This document shows positions 11,140 to 24,237 of a stretch of DNA of 64,000 bases, one piece after another (positions within the stretch are counted from its first letter, which is position 1; each line of letters starts with the position of its first letter). The DNA comes from Eledone cirrhosa (lineage: Eukaryota): the NCBI GenBank assembly GCA_964016885.1, contig OZ024741.1, forward strand, positions 375,534,001 through 375,598,000, read 5' to 3'. A program made the position numbers and the translations under genes. The notes below the pieces were generated by a model that ran no database searches, was not told the DNA's origin, and saw only the letters and a list, made by a program, of their open reading frames with translations.

Positions 11140-11600
11140 GAATATGTGTGTATGGAAACCTCGGAGTGGGGAAACCCAAGAAGACCTGGGATGAGGTGAT
11201 AAAAGCTTATTTTGCCCAATTGCACCTCTCAAAGGTGATGGCATCGGATCAAGACCTCTGGCATTGCGCAGACCCGACTTCCCATGGGTATAAACCGAAG
11301 CATATAGACAGTATGCCCCCACCCACGTCCCACTGTAAAGAGGTTGTGTAGGTGCCACGACAAAAATCACCCAGTCCACACTGTAAAGTGGTCGTGTAGG
11401 TGCCATGGTAAAAAAGCACCCAGTACTCACTGTATATGAGGTTGGTGTTAGGAAGGGCATCCAGCTGTAGAAATCAAGCCAAAATCAGTTCCGTATGAGT
11501 AAGACATGGTCACCTGACCTAGCATTGCCCATAACAGGACAACCTGTCTAACCCATGCTAGCATGGAAGAATGGACATAAAACGGTGATGATGATGATGA
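11140..11600 (+). mobile_element. RTE LINE 3' end (family B)
   Basis: GVGKPKKTWDEVIK...DQDLW coding end, then the 3' UTR module and (GAT)n tail. Confidence 0.8.
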
Positions 11601-11741
11601 AAGGGAATGGGAGTGAATGAGTAAGTGAGCGACAGTTTATATGAATGTTTGAGCATATATGACTAGATTTTAATTTGTGTACGCATCTACATAAATGTAT
11701 TATGCATATGAATGCAAGCACACGTGATATTTCTACATTAC

Positions 11742-11819
11742 CAATCGATTCTTCACATCCAAGTAGGCTTTGTTCAGTCTTTGACGATAAGCTGATTCAA
11801 GCTGAAGACCAACATTTTC
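11742..11819 (-). CDS. ATP5PB: ATP5PB coding exon 6 (ENVGLQLESAYRQRLNKAYLDVKNRL)
   Basis: 78 nt, missed by the ORF track. Matches the subunit b ENxxLQLExxYRxRL...VKxRL motif. cttcag acceptor and gtaatg donor. Confidence 0.95.
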
Positions 11820-11899
11820 CTGAAGATACAAAGATATGAAAATATAAACAAAACATAAATCACTAAAGTTGAAAGAAAAAAAATAATTAGGATATTAAA

Positions 11900-12133
11900 C
11901 CCTTTTGTCACCATATTCTTACGAAAGGCATTACTATGATTCTCAAATAGTTTTGAAAATAAAAATTCATAGGAATTTACTAATATAACCTTCTCATTAT
12001 TAAGCTGGTGTTTGGAACATAACTCAACAAAGGTTCTTACATAATATTTCGATGGATGGTTTTTTGATAAATATAAACACTTTAAAACTAACAGTTTGGT
12101 ATTATAATATAAGGGGGAGTGGTATCAAAAGGG
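11900..12133. mobile_element. piggyBac-type MITE
   Basis: CCCTTTTG ... CAAAAGGG-TTAA termini. Related copies near 10340-10570, 12720-12952, 18581-18797, 47961 and 51040-51136. Confidence 0.6.
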
Positions 12134-12962
12134 TTAAGTAATATGTAATATCAGTTGATCATTGAAAGGATATGTTAAAGGAATTTTGCTGTTTTCTGTT
12201 AAGAATTGTATGGTGTTGTGACATAGGAATATGAAGGATTTACATTACAGGACCTGTAAGTAATAGCTGAATTAAAAGTAGGTGTATGGTAGAGAAGACT
12301 GTTGTACAGCAGGGAAGGTAGAAATACCTGCAGTAGTTGTATGCCAGTGAAGGGAGAGGACTCTGAAATATATACCACAAAGCTGTAGTTGTTATTGTCT
12401 AGGCCTAAGTCACTACTGATCAAGAAGATCTATGATTTCAAAGATATTCTAGTCATGCTAATCTAATCTTTACAGACAGTTTATCATAGACTATATTATT
12501 TAATGTCTTTCTTTCTTTTCTTTTTTTGTTAAGATAGGACATGATTTGAATGAGATTCGGTTGCTACTTCTAGCATGTTAAGCAACTGTGTAGAACCTGT
12601 CGAAACCATATTAATAAAGACAGAGGTAGATAGATAATAGGTATTAAAAAAAACAACAATAAAAGAAGGCATGTTTAGTTCATAACTAAATAGTCTAAGT
12701 ACTGACTCCTTCATTATCATATTTCTAATGAAATACACTGCCTATGATTTTCAAATTATTTTGAGAATAATCAAGAATTTGGAAGGATTTAGTAATGTAA
12801 CTAAATCATTATTAATCTGATGTTTGGAACATAAATGTTCTTACATAAAATCATGTTAAAAAGTTTTTATATAAATATAAACACTTTAAAATAAACAGTT
12901 ATGTATCACAGATCCAGGGATAAATTCGGGTAGTTCAGTATCAAAAGGGTTGGAAAATGTAC

Positions 12963-13091
12963 CTTTTTGGCTTCAAACAAATATTTCTGCCCTTCAGTGC
13001 TCCAAATAGCTTCATTACATTCCTTTATTTCAGTCTGAAATGATGATTTAGCTGTAGCTATTGGCTTAGCATAGGTCTCATCATAAATTCT
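12963..13091 (-). CDS. ATP5PB: ATP5PB coding exon 5 (RIYDETYAK...EGQKYLFEAKK)
   Basis: 129 nt, phase 0/0, ttgcag acceptor and gt donor. LFEAKK precedes the conserved EN..LQLE. Confidence 0.93.
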
Positions 13092-13149
13092 CTGCAAATA
13101 AAATAACAGAACTAGTAACAACTGATTATGTCTTCAGTGCAATTAAACC

Positions 13150-13450
13150 TACATCATACTCACCATAGCACCATTCACAACACCCCTGCCAACATTGTAA
13201 CTATCACAACACCACCAAGGCACCCATCACAACACTGCAACAATCATCATAACACTCCTGACATTAATAAACCTGTCACAAAACTCTAAACATAGCAACA
13301 ACTACCACAACACATCCAAACATTCTAACAACCATCACAACATTATCGACATTAAGACACCTGTCACAACACTAATGACAAAGTTAACAACTAGCATAAC
13401 AGATTCAAACATAGCAACAACCACCACAACACAGCCAACATAACAATTAT
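13150..13450. repeat. Degenerate CA-rich minisatellite (~22-bp period)
   Basis: Recurrent (c/a)atcacaacac / caccacaacac units. Confidence 0.5.
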
Positions 13451-14671
13451 ATCGCACATGGTATCTTACAGTGGTAAACTATACCACTCATGGTACCTGG
13501 TTACAACTATACAAGGTAATTCCTCTTACATACATTCCAGTTTTGGAATCTATACAGCTGGATGCCGTTCCTGGAAGCAGCAACTTTACAGTGTGCACTG
13601 GGTACATTTTATGATGGCATATATAAAAAAAGAATTGTAATTCTTGAGAGTGTTCCCAATAATTTAGGGTATCTTCAGACTTCTGTTTTAGAAAAAAATT
13701 ATGTAATCTTCATATCTAGTTAAATACCACATGGATTACTTGGAGAAATTAGAGTCATGAGCAGTAGTCTAACGTATTTAAAAACATTTTCATAGAGTAG
13801 CAATATAGAAAGGTTTCTTGTAGAGAAAGTTTTCAGCACAAAATTGGTGAGTTCACATTACATTGTTAATGGCCTGGGGTATTGTTGGAAAAGAATGAGT
13901 TGAGATAAAACTATGCATATGCTAAAGACATATTCAGTGTTTGCACTTATTTCCTTCATCATCATCATTGTTTAACATCTGGCACCCTTACTAGCAATAA
14001 ATAGTTAGACATATCACAGACAGGTCAGTACTCCAGCAGAACCTCTGACCTCCACATGCGCGGGGAGCCTGACACATGATTCTGGATTCCGCCAAATGCA
14101 TTTTATTGTGGAGCCAACACTAGGGAAGTTGTCATGTCTATGGCATAGCTTAAGTGTTTTCCTCACCTTTTGTTTGGCAAGTTTTCTATGGCTGGATGCC
14201 CTTCCTATCAGCAACCACTTTATAAAGTGTACTGGATATGTTTATAGTGTAGATCACCAACACTAGAGAGGTTGTCCCGTCCCTGTTACAACTAAAGAGT
14301 CCTCATGATTCTTTGCTTGGCAAGGTCTCTATGGCTGGATGCCCTTCCTATTACCAACCATTTTACAAATATACTAAAATGTGTGTGTGTGTTCCTGTTT
14401 ACAGATTTCTTAAATGATATAAAATACTTTGCATTAATACTGTACATATAGTCTCTCAAAGTCTCAAAGTTAGCAGACAATATTATGACTAGTTTGTTTT
14501 CTATTCTTATGTTAGTGCCTGATATGACTGAATACTCATCATGGAAATTCTATACATATGATAGATAGAATGTAACGCTCAGCAGTAAGCCTATCATATT
14601 CCTGGCATGCTTGATTTGTAGGTCAAGTATTTATCTCATCTCTCAATCAAATATCCTGCCTAACTATATAT

Positions 14672-14915
14672 GTATGGACCTGTAACTCCCGAAGGAGTTG
14701 TAGGGGTGCTATATTGACATTCAGCGTTTCAAGAGCATTTTTAAACCTAGCAGAGCCCATCTCCTCTCCAGGTCTGAATACAGCAGATTTCTTCCAAAGA
14801 AGAAAAGAGTGAGAGAGAATGGAAATGAGAAAGAGATATAGAGGAAGAATCGACTCCAGTACTATATTGGTACTTTTTTTATCGACCTCAAATGGATTAA
14901 TGGCAAAGTTGACCT
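14672..14915 (-). mobile_element. Meta/MESC-like SINE, 5'-truncated
   Basis: Same central domain and tail as 10680-10988. Confidence 0.65.
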
Positions 14916-15054
14916 CCTGCCTAACTATAGTCACATACAAGTGTGTTGAAATAACTAAGCGTGGACTATCCCTACGTCATTATCCCAAACTCCATCAGAC
15001 TACAGGCAGAGTTAAATGTAAACTATCCAACATTAATAAGTTGTTAAACCTTAC

Positions 15055-15218
15055 CTGTTGCTTCTCTTCCAAAAGTTTAGAGATACCTGGACCAACTTTG
15101 TAAATCATGACGAGGAAGGCACAAGTAAATCCGATGACATCAGCGAAACCGTGGTCAATTACCCAAATTTCCTTGGACAACAGAGTAGCTATTAAACTGG
15201 CTCCAAGCACATACGGAC
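15055..15218 (-). CDS. ATP5PB: ATP5PB coding exon 4 (G-PYVLGASLIATLLSKEIWVIDH...KVGPGISKLLEEKQQ; membrane segments)
   Basis: Continues the TGVTGPY...LSKEI motif of subunit b. cag acceptor, gtaagg donor, 164 nt. Confidence 0.96.
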
Positions 15219-16138
15219 CTGTTACAGAACAACAAACGATAAGATTTAAGGTTTCATGCCCACCCTTGACAAAAGCTGAAGCAAACTTACAAAATTTAAT
15301 ATAAAAGTGTCTTTCTTAGATATCATGTTCTCTTAGTAACATCAATGTTGAAGTAGATTTTAATTGCTTGGCTGCAGTGGGGGAAGAAGGCCAGCATTTG
15401 TAGCCATTTGCAAAGCCTGTGTCTAGTGAGAGTGGGGGAAAGTTAGAAAGAAACTATGACTTATGGGTTTCTGCAGTAGGAAGTAATGCATCAGGTTTAA
15501 GACCTGGTCGAAATACTTTCAACAGAGTGGATTCTGTCAAAAGCAAACACAAGTCAATTAGTGCTGTTAAACTGGACAATGGATTAAGTCAACCACCCAA
15601 GAACAAGTCAAGCCATCTGATAGGTTTTTATAAAGTCTCTGTTTTCCTAATTCCACTAACATAACTTGGATTGATTTGAGGCTATGGTTGCCTTTCAAGT
15701 CAACTCAGATCATGTGAGCTTGCAGTGTGGAATGAGAACATTAGATCTCAAAGACAAAAAGACACAGGACTTGTGATTCATGCTCTTAAATGCGCCCAGT
15801 ACACTTTATAGTGTACTGGTTGCATTTTATTGTGATACCAACACTACAGATATCCTCAGCTAAACTGGTAGGACTAAAGGGTCCTCAGCAGAGATAAAAT
15901 ATCCTTGAATGGACTAAAAGGTTCACAGCATGACTAAAAAGTCCTTGGTAAGACTAAAGGATCCATGGTAGGGTTAAAGTGTCCTCTCCACCTTACCCTC
16001 TAAAAAAAAGGATGTATTACATAATGTAGTCTTGCATACATTGTCTATGTGATAAGCTGGTCTTGAACAAGGTTGACTTGGGACTAAACAATAACAAGTC
16101 ATACAGAGATCTACACACACACACACATATTCACTAAC

Positions 16139-16335
16139 CTGTGACACCAGTCTTAGGATAAAGTTCTTCAAACCATGTTGAGGGAATGAAGCCAAATTTG
16201 ACACTTTTTGTGTTCTCCCGCATGGTTGGATGAGGAAAGTTCTTGTAATCCCTCTCAGGGCCAAAATATCTTTCATTAGCTGCATCCCAGTTTTTCACTT
16301 GTTCAACAATAGATGAGCTCTGTCTGACAGGAATT
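16139..16335 (-). CDS. ATP5PB: ATP5PB coding exon 3 (IPVRQSSS...YFGPERDYKNFP...KFGFIPSTWFEELYPKTGVT-G)
   Basis: Subunit b signature GFIPxxWFxxxYPKTGVTG. Poly-T/cag acceptor and gttagt donor; 197 nt. Confidence 0.96.
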
Positions 16336-16349
16336 CTGAAAAAAAAAAT

Positions 16350-16912
16350 AACAGTTTCTAATTTAGGCACAAGGCCAGCAATTTTAGAGTGAAGGGAAAA
16401 GTTGATTTAAATTAACTAGTATTTTATTTTATTGGCTCCCACCCCACTCCCTGAAAAGATAAAAGACAAAGTTGACCTCAGCAAGAGTTTAACTAAGAAT
16501 GTGAAGAGCCATAAATAAATACCACAAAGCATTTTGTTCAACAGACTAATGATTCTGCCAATAATAATAATTGTTTCTACATATGGCACAAGGCCATCAA
16601 TTTGATGGGAAGGGGGAAGTTAAACTGACCCCAGTGGTTCTTTATTTTACCGACTCTGAAAGGATGAAAGGCAAAGTTAACCTCGGAAGGATTTGAACTT
16701 AGAACATAAAAGTCAGTAACTAAATGCCATGAAGCATTTGTCTGATGCGATACTGCCAATTCACTGTCCTTCTGCCAAAATTAATAATTTTTTCTTATTT
16801 AGGCACAAGGCCAACAAATTTGAGGAGAGGGGATTAAATTGACCTCATTGTGTTACTGGTACTTTATTTTATCGACCATGTAAGGATGAAAGGCAAAGCT
16901 AACCTTGGCGGG
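16350..16912 (-). mobile_element. Three head-to-tail Meta/MESC-like SINE copies in ATP5PB intron 2
   Basis: ggcacaaggcc tail motif at about 16366, 16585 and 16802, each followed by the gaaaggcaaagtt central domain. Confidence 0.7.
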
Positions 16913-17230
16913 ATGTGCAATGTAAATAGAGCTTGGATGAACTGAGGGAGAAGCTGAGTTTAAGAGGAATCCAAGGTGTGCAGGAGAAATGACTGTGTTG
17001 GTACAGACGTGATGTGCATGGATGATGATCGATGGATGAAGAGGTGCCAGGAAATGCTAGTGGATGGAAGCCACAGCAGAGGTGGTAAGAGCTGACCTCA
17101 AATCGCTGAGACTCACAGAGGAGATGAAGAAATGTGGCAAGTGGAGAGATGCTGTGCTGAAAAGGATCCGTCCAACCGATGTAGGCATGGACAAATGGAC
17201 GTAAAAACGATGATGATGGTGATGATAACA
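16912..17230 (+). mobile_element. RTE LINE 3' end (family A)
   Basis: RWMCN...DELREKL...KWRDAVLKRIRP remnant with (GAT)n tail, like 35890-36246. Confidence 0.75.
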
Positions 17231-17579
17231 ATGAATATGGTATCCAGGAAAAAGATGAGTGACAGCTGGTTGACGATACTGCATTGCTGGCAGAATCCAG
17301 AAATAGTCTATAAGAGCTGTCTTACTATCTGAGTAAAGCTAGACTGAGAATGAATGCAAAGACAAAGGCTAAAATCCTTGATAAACTAAAAATCAGTGGC
17401 ATGTTAGTAAGAAAATGTTTGATGAATTCTCCATTGAATTCAACAATGAGCATTCTGGTGTTTGAGCAACTGGATGTCAAGCTCATGAATTAATGTACAG
17501 TGATTGTGTATTGCACAAATACGTGCACCCTTAACAGGGAGATTCAGTGTAATGACGAATCAGGTATGATTCATCTGAT

Positions 17580-17710
17580 GGGTTTCCACACAATTTGTCT
17601 ATCCAATTTCACTTAACCTGAGGCTTTGGTAATAACACTTGTCCAAGATTGAACCTGGGACTTCATGATTGTGAAGCAAACTTCTTAACCATTCAATCAT
17701 GCCTGTGTCT
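17580..17710 (-). mobile_element. tRNA-derived SINE fragment
   Basis: Minus strand gcatgattgaatggttaagaagtttgcttcacaatcatgaagtcccaggttcaatc carries A/B-box-like motifs. Confidence 0.5.
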
Positions 17711-17751
17711 CACAGGAAAGAACATAAGTTTGTGAATAGAACATTACTTAC

Positions 17752-17791
17752 TGTTTTCTACTGATCTGCTTCAACACACAGCCCCAATGGC
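17752..17791 (-). CDS. ATP5PB: ATP5PB coding exon 2 (G-HWGCVLKQISRK-Q)
   Basis: ttttgcag acceptor and gtaagt donor. The 40-nt exon bridges phase 1 to phase 2 and is open in frame. Confidence 0.8.
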
Positions 17792-18129
17792 CTGCAAAAG
17801 AAAGAAATTATAGAAACTAAATTGTAATGTTTGTTAAATCTCTTATCAGCCAAAAAGAGCTTTAAAGTTATTTCAACTCTAAACAACTAACCCTCTACAA
17901 GGTAAAATTACTGCATATGACACATTTTTTCTTTCAGCAATGTAGTCCCTTCACATAATAGAGTTATTTCTCCTGCCTCTAACTCTTTTCATACCAATCT
18001 GTCTCTAGACCTACCATACAAAACTCTTTTTAAATGAGCTCATATTTGAATGTAAACCTCCCATCATAGTTTTATGTAAGAACCTTTTAAATAGTGTTAT
18101 AAACACCAATATCATATACCTTTCTGTCC

Positions 18130-18405
18130 ATGAGTTGTAGGGACACCATTTCAATATAGGGTGCCTGTGTCATTTTAAACCAGGTATAAGCCCATCCCTC
18201 TCTATATTTGACCACAGCTGATTTCTTCAGAGAAATAGAATGAGAGAAAGAATCACTCCTAATACAGGTACTTTATTTATCGACCTCAAAAGGATGGAAG
18301 GAAAAGTTGACCTCAGTAGGATTTCAGCTCAGAGAACTGAGAGCTAAAAAGAAATACAGCAAGCATTTTATCTGATGCTCCTCTGACTTCCAATTCACCA
18401 CTTTA
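18130..18405 (-). mobile_element. Meta/MESC-like SINE
   Basis: atcgacctcaaaaggatggaaggaaaagttgacc central domain. Confidence 0.6.
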
Positions 18406-19221
18406 GGGTGATACATACCAATAAATAAACAAGTTAATTATTTTACTAAATCCATTAAAACTCTTGATTGTTATTTTTTCAATCGATTTGCTCACAAGCA
18501 AACGTATTTTGTTAAAAATATGATTATGAAAATGTCAATAACCAACCTCTCTTTAGTGATATACCTCTTATGCCAGTTAACCCTTTTGATACCAAAACAC
18601 CCGAAACTGTCCCTCATTCTATGATACATAGCTGTTTATACCTATCTAAAAACCTTCCATCATAATTTTGTGTGGGAACCTTTCTTATGCTATGTTCCAA
18701 ATACCAGCTATTAGTTAATCTTTTCAAATTCTTGATTATTTTCAAAATTATTTGATAATAAGACAGTATCTTTCATTAAAAATATGGTAATGAAAGGTAG
18801 AATACTGCACACCTTACTATATTAAATAAAGCAAACCATTCTGTTTTGAAATACGATTTCAAGAAATAGCATAACATGAGTATAGCTGATTGGATCACTG
18901 ATGTCAACTTTGCCTTTCATTACTCCAGAATCCATAAAAGAAGACTCAGTTGTTATGTTCTGAGCTAAATTTGAACAGAAACCCCTCTCATAAAATCTAA
19001 GAAATCGATATACAATGGCGTCCCTTTACAAGCACACCTGCAGCCCACACAAAGGTTTTTACAGTGCAAGCATGTTTTATCTTCGTAATATAAAATAAAA
19101 AAAATTGTTGTAATGTGCGCAATTAGTTGTCATGTGTAGCCCATGTGGCCTGCGAGGGACCCTCAGTTTGACATGCCTGCTCTCGATTGCTCAAGCTGAT
19201 AGAAATAACCAAACACACTTT

Positions 19222-20150
19222 CATCATCATCCCCATATTATGTCCGTTTTCCATGCTTGTATGGGTTAGATGGACCTTTTCCAACACAGCATCCTTCCAC
19301 TTATTGCAACCTTTCATCATCTGAGATTCAGTGACTTGAGATCAACTCTCACAACCTCTGCCCATGTCATCCTTGGCCTCACTCTACTGCAGTTATCATC
19401 CACTGGGAGTTCTTGACACTTCTTCACCAAATGATCATCAATGCCAGTCATTGTGTATGAGACTATCATGTCTTATCTAACTGATTATGCAGGTGACTAA
19501 TTTGACTTTTACATCCCCAGAAAATTTCAGTGACTATCTCTGATGAACCAAATGGCCTTACCATTTTTCATTTTTGTTAATAATAACAAACTTATGGAAT
19601 GAATTTAGAATTTAGAATCATCTGCTTGTCACGTTTTTTTAACAAATAAAAAATCAATCTGGCTTGTGTGTTCACCTGATTGCTAGGTGATCAGGTGGTT
19701 GGTTAATTTCCTGAAGTTAGTGTTGTAAAGAGTTATTTCATTCCCATTACAGAATTCTATGTCTTGCCCCTGCTCTTCATTTCTCACACCATAACCATAT
19801 CCACTGTGAACTTTAGTGGTGCTCAACACATACAAGTGCTGCTCAACATGTTCATTGAAGTTGCCAGCTAGGATGATGATGTCACTCTCATCTGTAACTG
19901 AGGTTGTCTGTAAGAGTTCCTCAAAGAAGCGATCTTTTTGTTCCTCACTTAATCCTGTTTGTGGTGCATGACTAGACATAATTAACACCATTCTATGATT
20001 ATTTTGAGCTTGATAATTGTGTCACTTTAACTACCACAAACTAACCCTAATCCTACACAGAAAAGCTTATATCTATGTTGTTTTCCTGTAAGTAGTCTTG
20101 CTGAGGTGTCACTCCATCTCACCTCTTGAACACAGCATTGTTTAACTGTA
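19222..20150 (-). mobile_element. RTE LINE fragments (3' end 19222-19440; APE endonuclease 19670-20150)
   Basis: APQTGLSEEQKDRFFEEL...LAGNFNEHV...GYGYGVRNEE...NTNFRK..HLIT is an RTE-type APE domain. Confidence 0.8.
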
Positions 20151-21443
20151 CAATTGCTTGATGACGGTTGAGAAATTCATGCACATGGCAAGGTTAACCA
20201 CCCCACTACTGTGCACAGAACTAACTAGTTACTAACTAACTGTTAGTCCTGTTGTGAATCTTATATTCTGTGCTGGTTTCAGCAAGTTTTTTCTGGTTGG
20301 ATGCCTGTCCTACTTTACAGCATGGACTGGGTGCATTTCATCATGTCACTGGCACTAGAGAATTTCTCTGGCCGAACAGAAGACTCTCTCCAACCCTGTA
20401 TCAGTTTTAATTTAGAGTGACAGCTCTCTTAGACAGGTTGCCTTTGCTAACGCTTGCAGAGCCCATATCTAGTCTTGCCTTATTTATTCAGCATGACTGC
20501 TCTCCTGTTCTCTGCAGTTTACAGAGCCCAAGTCTACTATTATTTGAAAGAAAAAAAAAAAGAAGAGTGAGACATGAGATCCAGTTCCTAATATTACAAG
20601 ATGGTCACGATTGAAACCCTTTTTATGTTAGGAAGGGAAAAGCAGCACCTACTGCTCTTTTTTCTTCTTCCAAAATTTGGGGGAAGAAATCCTCAAACAG
20701 AAACCTGGACTCACTGATTACAACAGAGTGAAATGTGCTAAAGTTACTCAAGAACAACATTGTCATAGGGTTAACCAACAGCATCAATACATAAGCAGAT
20801 GGCCGCATAGTAAATCGTCACACTAGTGAATCGTCACACTAACTCACTTTGTAGCAATGTTGATAAGTTAGAGGTCTTGAGCTTATGTAAGAAATAAGCG
20901 TTACACAAAGTAGAAAGGTGGATGTTAATTCGCCCGTGAAAGCCAGAAACAAATATGTTTTCTGCTGTGGCCTGTAGATTCAAGGACGGACGGAAGGGGT
21001 GGAGGTCCTCATAAACACAGTCTCTCCCTCTCTCACAAACATGAATAAGAGGGCATAAGAGAAAAACCGAAGGTGAAATTTTACTCTAATTTTAAAAGAG
21101 AAAAAATGTAACAGAAGTTTTAAAAAATAAACAATTCTTCGTACCGGTAATATATATATATATATATACATATATATATAAATAAATTAGCAAAAACAAT
21201 TTCAAAACTATTACATAAGTCAAATTATTTTAAAGGTCAGAAAAGACAATGTTATGAAGCTAATATAGTTTATATAGATATAAAAATAGTGATTAGTGTA
21301 GCTGACTTTGTAGAAGAAATATTGGACTAAAAATGCTTACATGTGTAACCTATGAATATATCAGCCATGTGTAACTTTCAAATACATCGGTTTAGTTAAT
21401 GAGGCTGATATCAACAAGGTCATTATAATATTATGTTTGGTAA

Positions 21444-21489
<46 letters not shown>

Positions 21490-22057
21490 CACTTAAGACC
21501 TGCAAGCGGAGAGGACAATGAAATAGGACATTATACAGCAATCCTATATAACAGTGTCCTTAAAGTCAGAATCGCTAGACCTATGTTTTGTGAAGTACAA
21601 ATAATAAGCGTGGCTGATTTTCAGAGATGACGAGTGATAAGAATCAGAAATCACAAAATAATATTAATAAAATGTCACCTTTGAATACACCAGTCTGATC
21701 GTTAGGGTAGATATCAACAAGGGCATTCTGATATAATGGTTAGTAGTCTTTGTGTGTGTATAATATATATATATATATATATATATTCTACTAACCATTA
21801 TATCAGAGTGTTATAACATTTGCTTTCTTTGATTTACATAGATATATGAATAACACAGGTGCACGTTTAGATATATTTCAAAGAGTGCAAACGAGGGAGG
21901 ACAGAACGAGTAGAGAAATTTGCTGTCAAGGTCAATAACATTACTTAAGAACAACAGCAGTATTTCCAACCAAGTTTATACAGAAAATATAGCATAAAGT
22001 ATTATCTCATAAATTGCAGTTAGATGCATCTATGTGTGTGCATGTAAACAAGCTTAC

Positions 22058-22085
22058 CAGATCTCAAAGTCTTCACTGCCAGCAT
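22058..22085 (-). CDS. ATP5PB: ATP synthase peripheral stalk subunit b, coding exon 1 (MLAVKTLRS-G; start of mitochondrial presequence)
   Basis: Minus strand reads ATG CTG GCA GTG AAG ACT TTG AGA TCT G|gtaagc. Strong donor, phase 1, compatible with the next exon. Basic/hydroxylated residues fit a targeting peptide. Confidence 0.8.
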
Positions 22086-22799
22086 AACCGGGATATTATA
22101 GTCAACCTGTCTTGTCTAGTAAGGAAATGGATGTCCGACAAATGTATTACTTCTTACCGTTTCGTACTTACTCTTCGGTTTAAACAGTATATATAAAAAT
22201 ATAAATATAATAGAGCTATGGTAATTCTAATGTGGTCGATTCATAACTTTTGATTACGTCTATAGTGAAATTTAATTGTTGTCTTTAAATTTATTTTTTA
22301 TTGGAACTCAATTTCCTTTATTTTCGTACAAATTGTCTGACGTTTGATATTAAGGGGAGATTATTCAGGAAATCTTGTCCCTAAAATAGAAACAATTATT
22401 CAGGAAATCTAATTTAGAGTAGACCTTAAAGAAAAAAACGAAAAAAAATTACGTAAGGATTTCTTTATTCAAACTTTAAGTATTCAGATATGTATTCTAA
22501 GCAATGAGATATAACGTGATTTTCATGCATATTATAAAGAGACAAGGAATACAAATTGAAGTGTCTCCGAATGGTTTGTATTGTGCTTATAGCTATTACT
22601 GTAAGGATAGTTCAAGGCCGATCTAATTACTTTAGTGCCTATACTTGATTTATAATCATGGTGTTTCACATAGAAATAGAATTCATGAAACCTTATAAAT
22701 ATGAGACACAAAAATATACAATCAAAGCGAAAAAGCCCCGTCAATTCAACACTAAGTGCGTCAATCGGTCACACATCACAAGGTGTTACGGACTCTTCC

Positions 22800-23290
22800 T
22801 CTAATGCTTTTCGAAGCAAACCTGCACGCTCGCAGCATTATAGCAGGTATTGGCCGTCTATGACGCTGAAACAATCAAGCACCCTCACAAGCATCACCCA
22901 GGACCCTCACAAGCATCACCCAGCACCCACACGAGCATCACCCAGCAACTCGGTAAGGCGAGCCTCTAACGATGACAAGAACTTCGTTGTCTGCAGCCCA
23001 GCTCCCACAAACATCTCGAACGCCACAGGCAGAAAGACATAATTTAGCAATAATTCCCTGTATTTTATAATTTGATTTGATTCCGTTCGGCAACGGAAGC
23101 AGTGACTGTCATATTTACCACAGCATCCAGGATACGGGAGGGAGCAAAAGAGTCACTGATTATAATGCTCCAGATTAAACATCTACTTCTTACCCAGAGA
23201 CAAAGGGTAAAGACCATCTGGTCTCTTCCCATTAATTCTGGATAATCCAGCCGGCTCCAGAACTGGGGAGGGGGGGGGGGTATTTACCCG
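22800..23290 (-). mobile_element. CRE-clade non-LTR retrotransposon 3' fragment (restriction-like endonuclease domain)
   Basis: Reverse complement is colinear with 27075-27480 (GKRPDG...SFAPS...KY...PVAFE...). Contains an internal ~21-bp triplication at 22884-22947. Confidence 0.8.
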
Positions 23291-24237
23291 AGCTAGAGCA
23301 CGCTTAATGATTTTGTTTCCTCATAACTTTCTTATTATTGTTCTGTAAGATAATAGTAAAATGTCAAGCTTAAAAGAAGTAAAAGTTTCAGAATGCAGCT
23401 TATATACATATTTTTTCGCCTCCATTGCGGTTTTGCCCTCATCAGTGTGGTGCTCCCTTGGAGCCCCAATTACTGACTGAACTTTCGAGTTCCTTTTTCG
23501 ATCGAATATGGCTAACCATGAGCAACTATTAAAAAACCTTGAGGCTTTTGAGTCCCTCCAAGGTTTTTTTATACATAGGAATTACTTGTTGATTCCTAGG
23601 TTGTATTTTCTCAGAGTTAGCCCCTGTTATAGACTCTCGTCGTCTCTCCAACACTATGACAACTTAATCTTCAGTGAACTCAAATGCTTGGTCAATGTCA
23701 AACTTTCTCCAGATTCCCGTGATCAGGCTCTCTTGACCAAACGGTTTGGCGGTCTATATTTGCGTAAATGCTCATTTCTGTCTCTTTCTTATTTTCTTTC
23801 CTCCATCCATGCTTGTTCCTTTTTGGTAGGTAACATCCTCTCATTTCTGACATGGACTAGTTCCTACAGTGGAGAGAGCAGGGTTTGTCAGTTCCTGATA
23901 CAGATGAAGATAGATGGAAGCAGAAAGTATGGGATAATCTGCATTCAAGTGATACCTTCAACTCTCTTTGATCACTCTGATCAATTTTCAAGGTGTCACC
24001 TACTTTCTGCAGACCCAAAATTCTTGGGGGCCTTGGTTGATGCCCTGCCTGTGGCCAATATTGGTGGCCTTCTCAGTCTGGATGAGCTATATTGTATGCA
24101 GAGTGGAAGGTGATGTATATGGGGGTCTGAGATGTCGCTGTGGTAGGCCCCTCGACTCTGCAGGCCTCTATGGTTTGTCTTGCCTCTTGAATTCTGGTCG
24201 CTTCACCCGCCTCACTGAGGTAAACCTGATCATTCAG

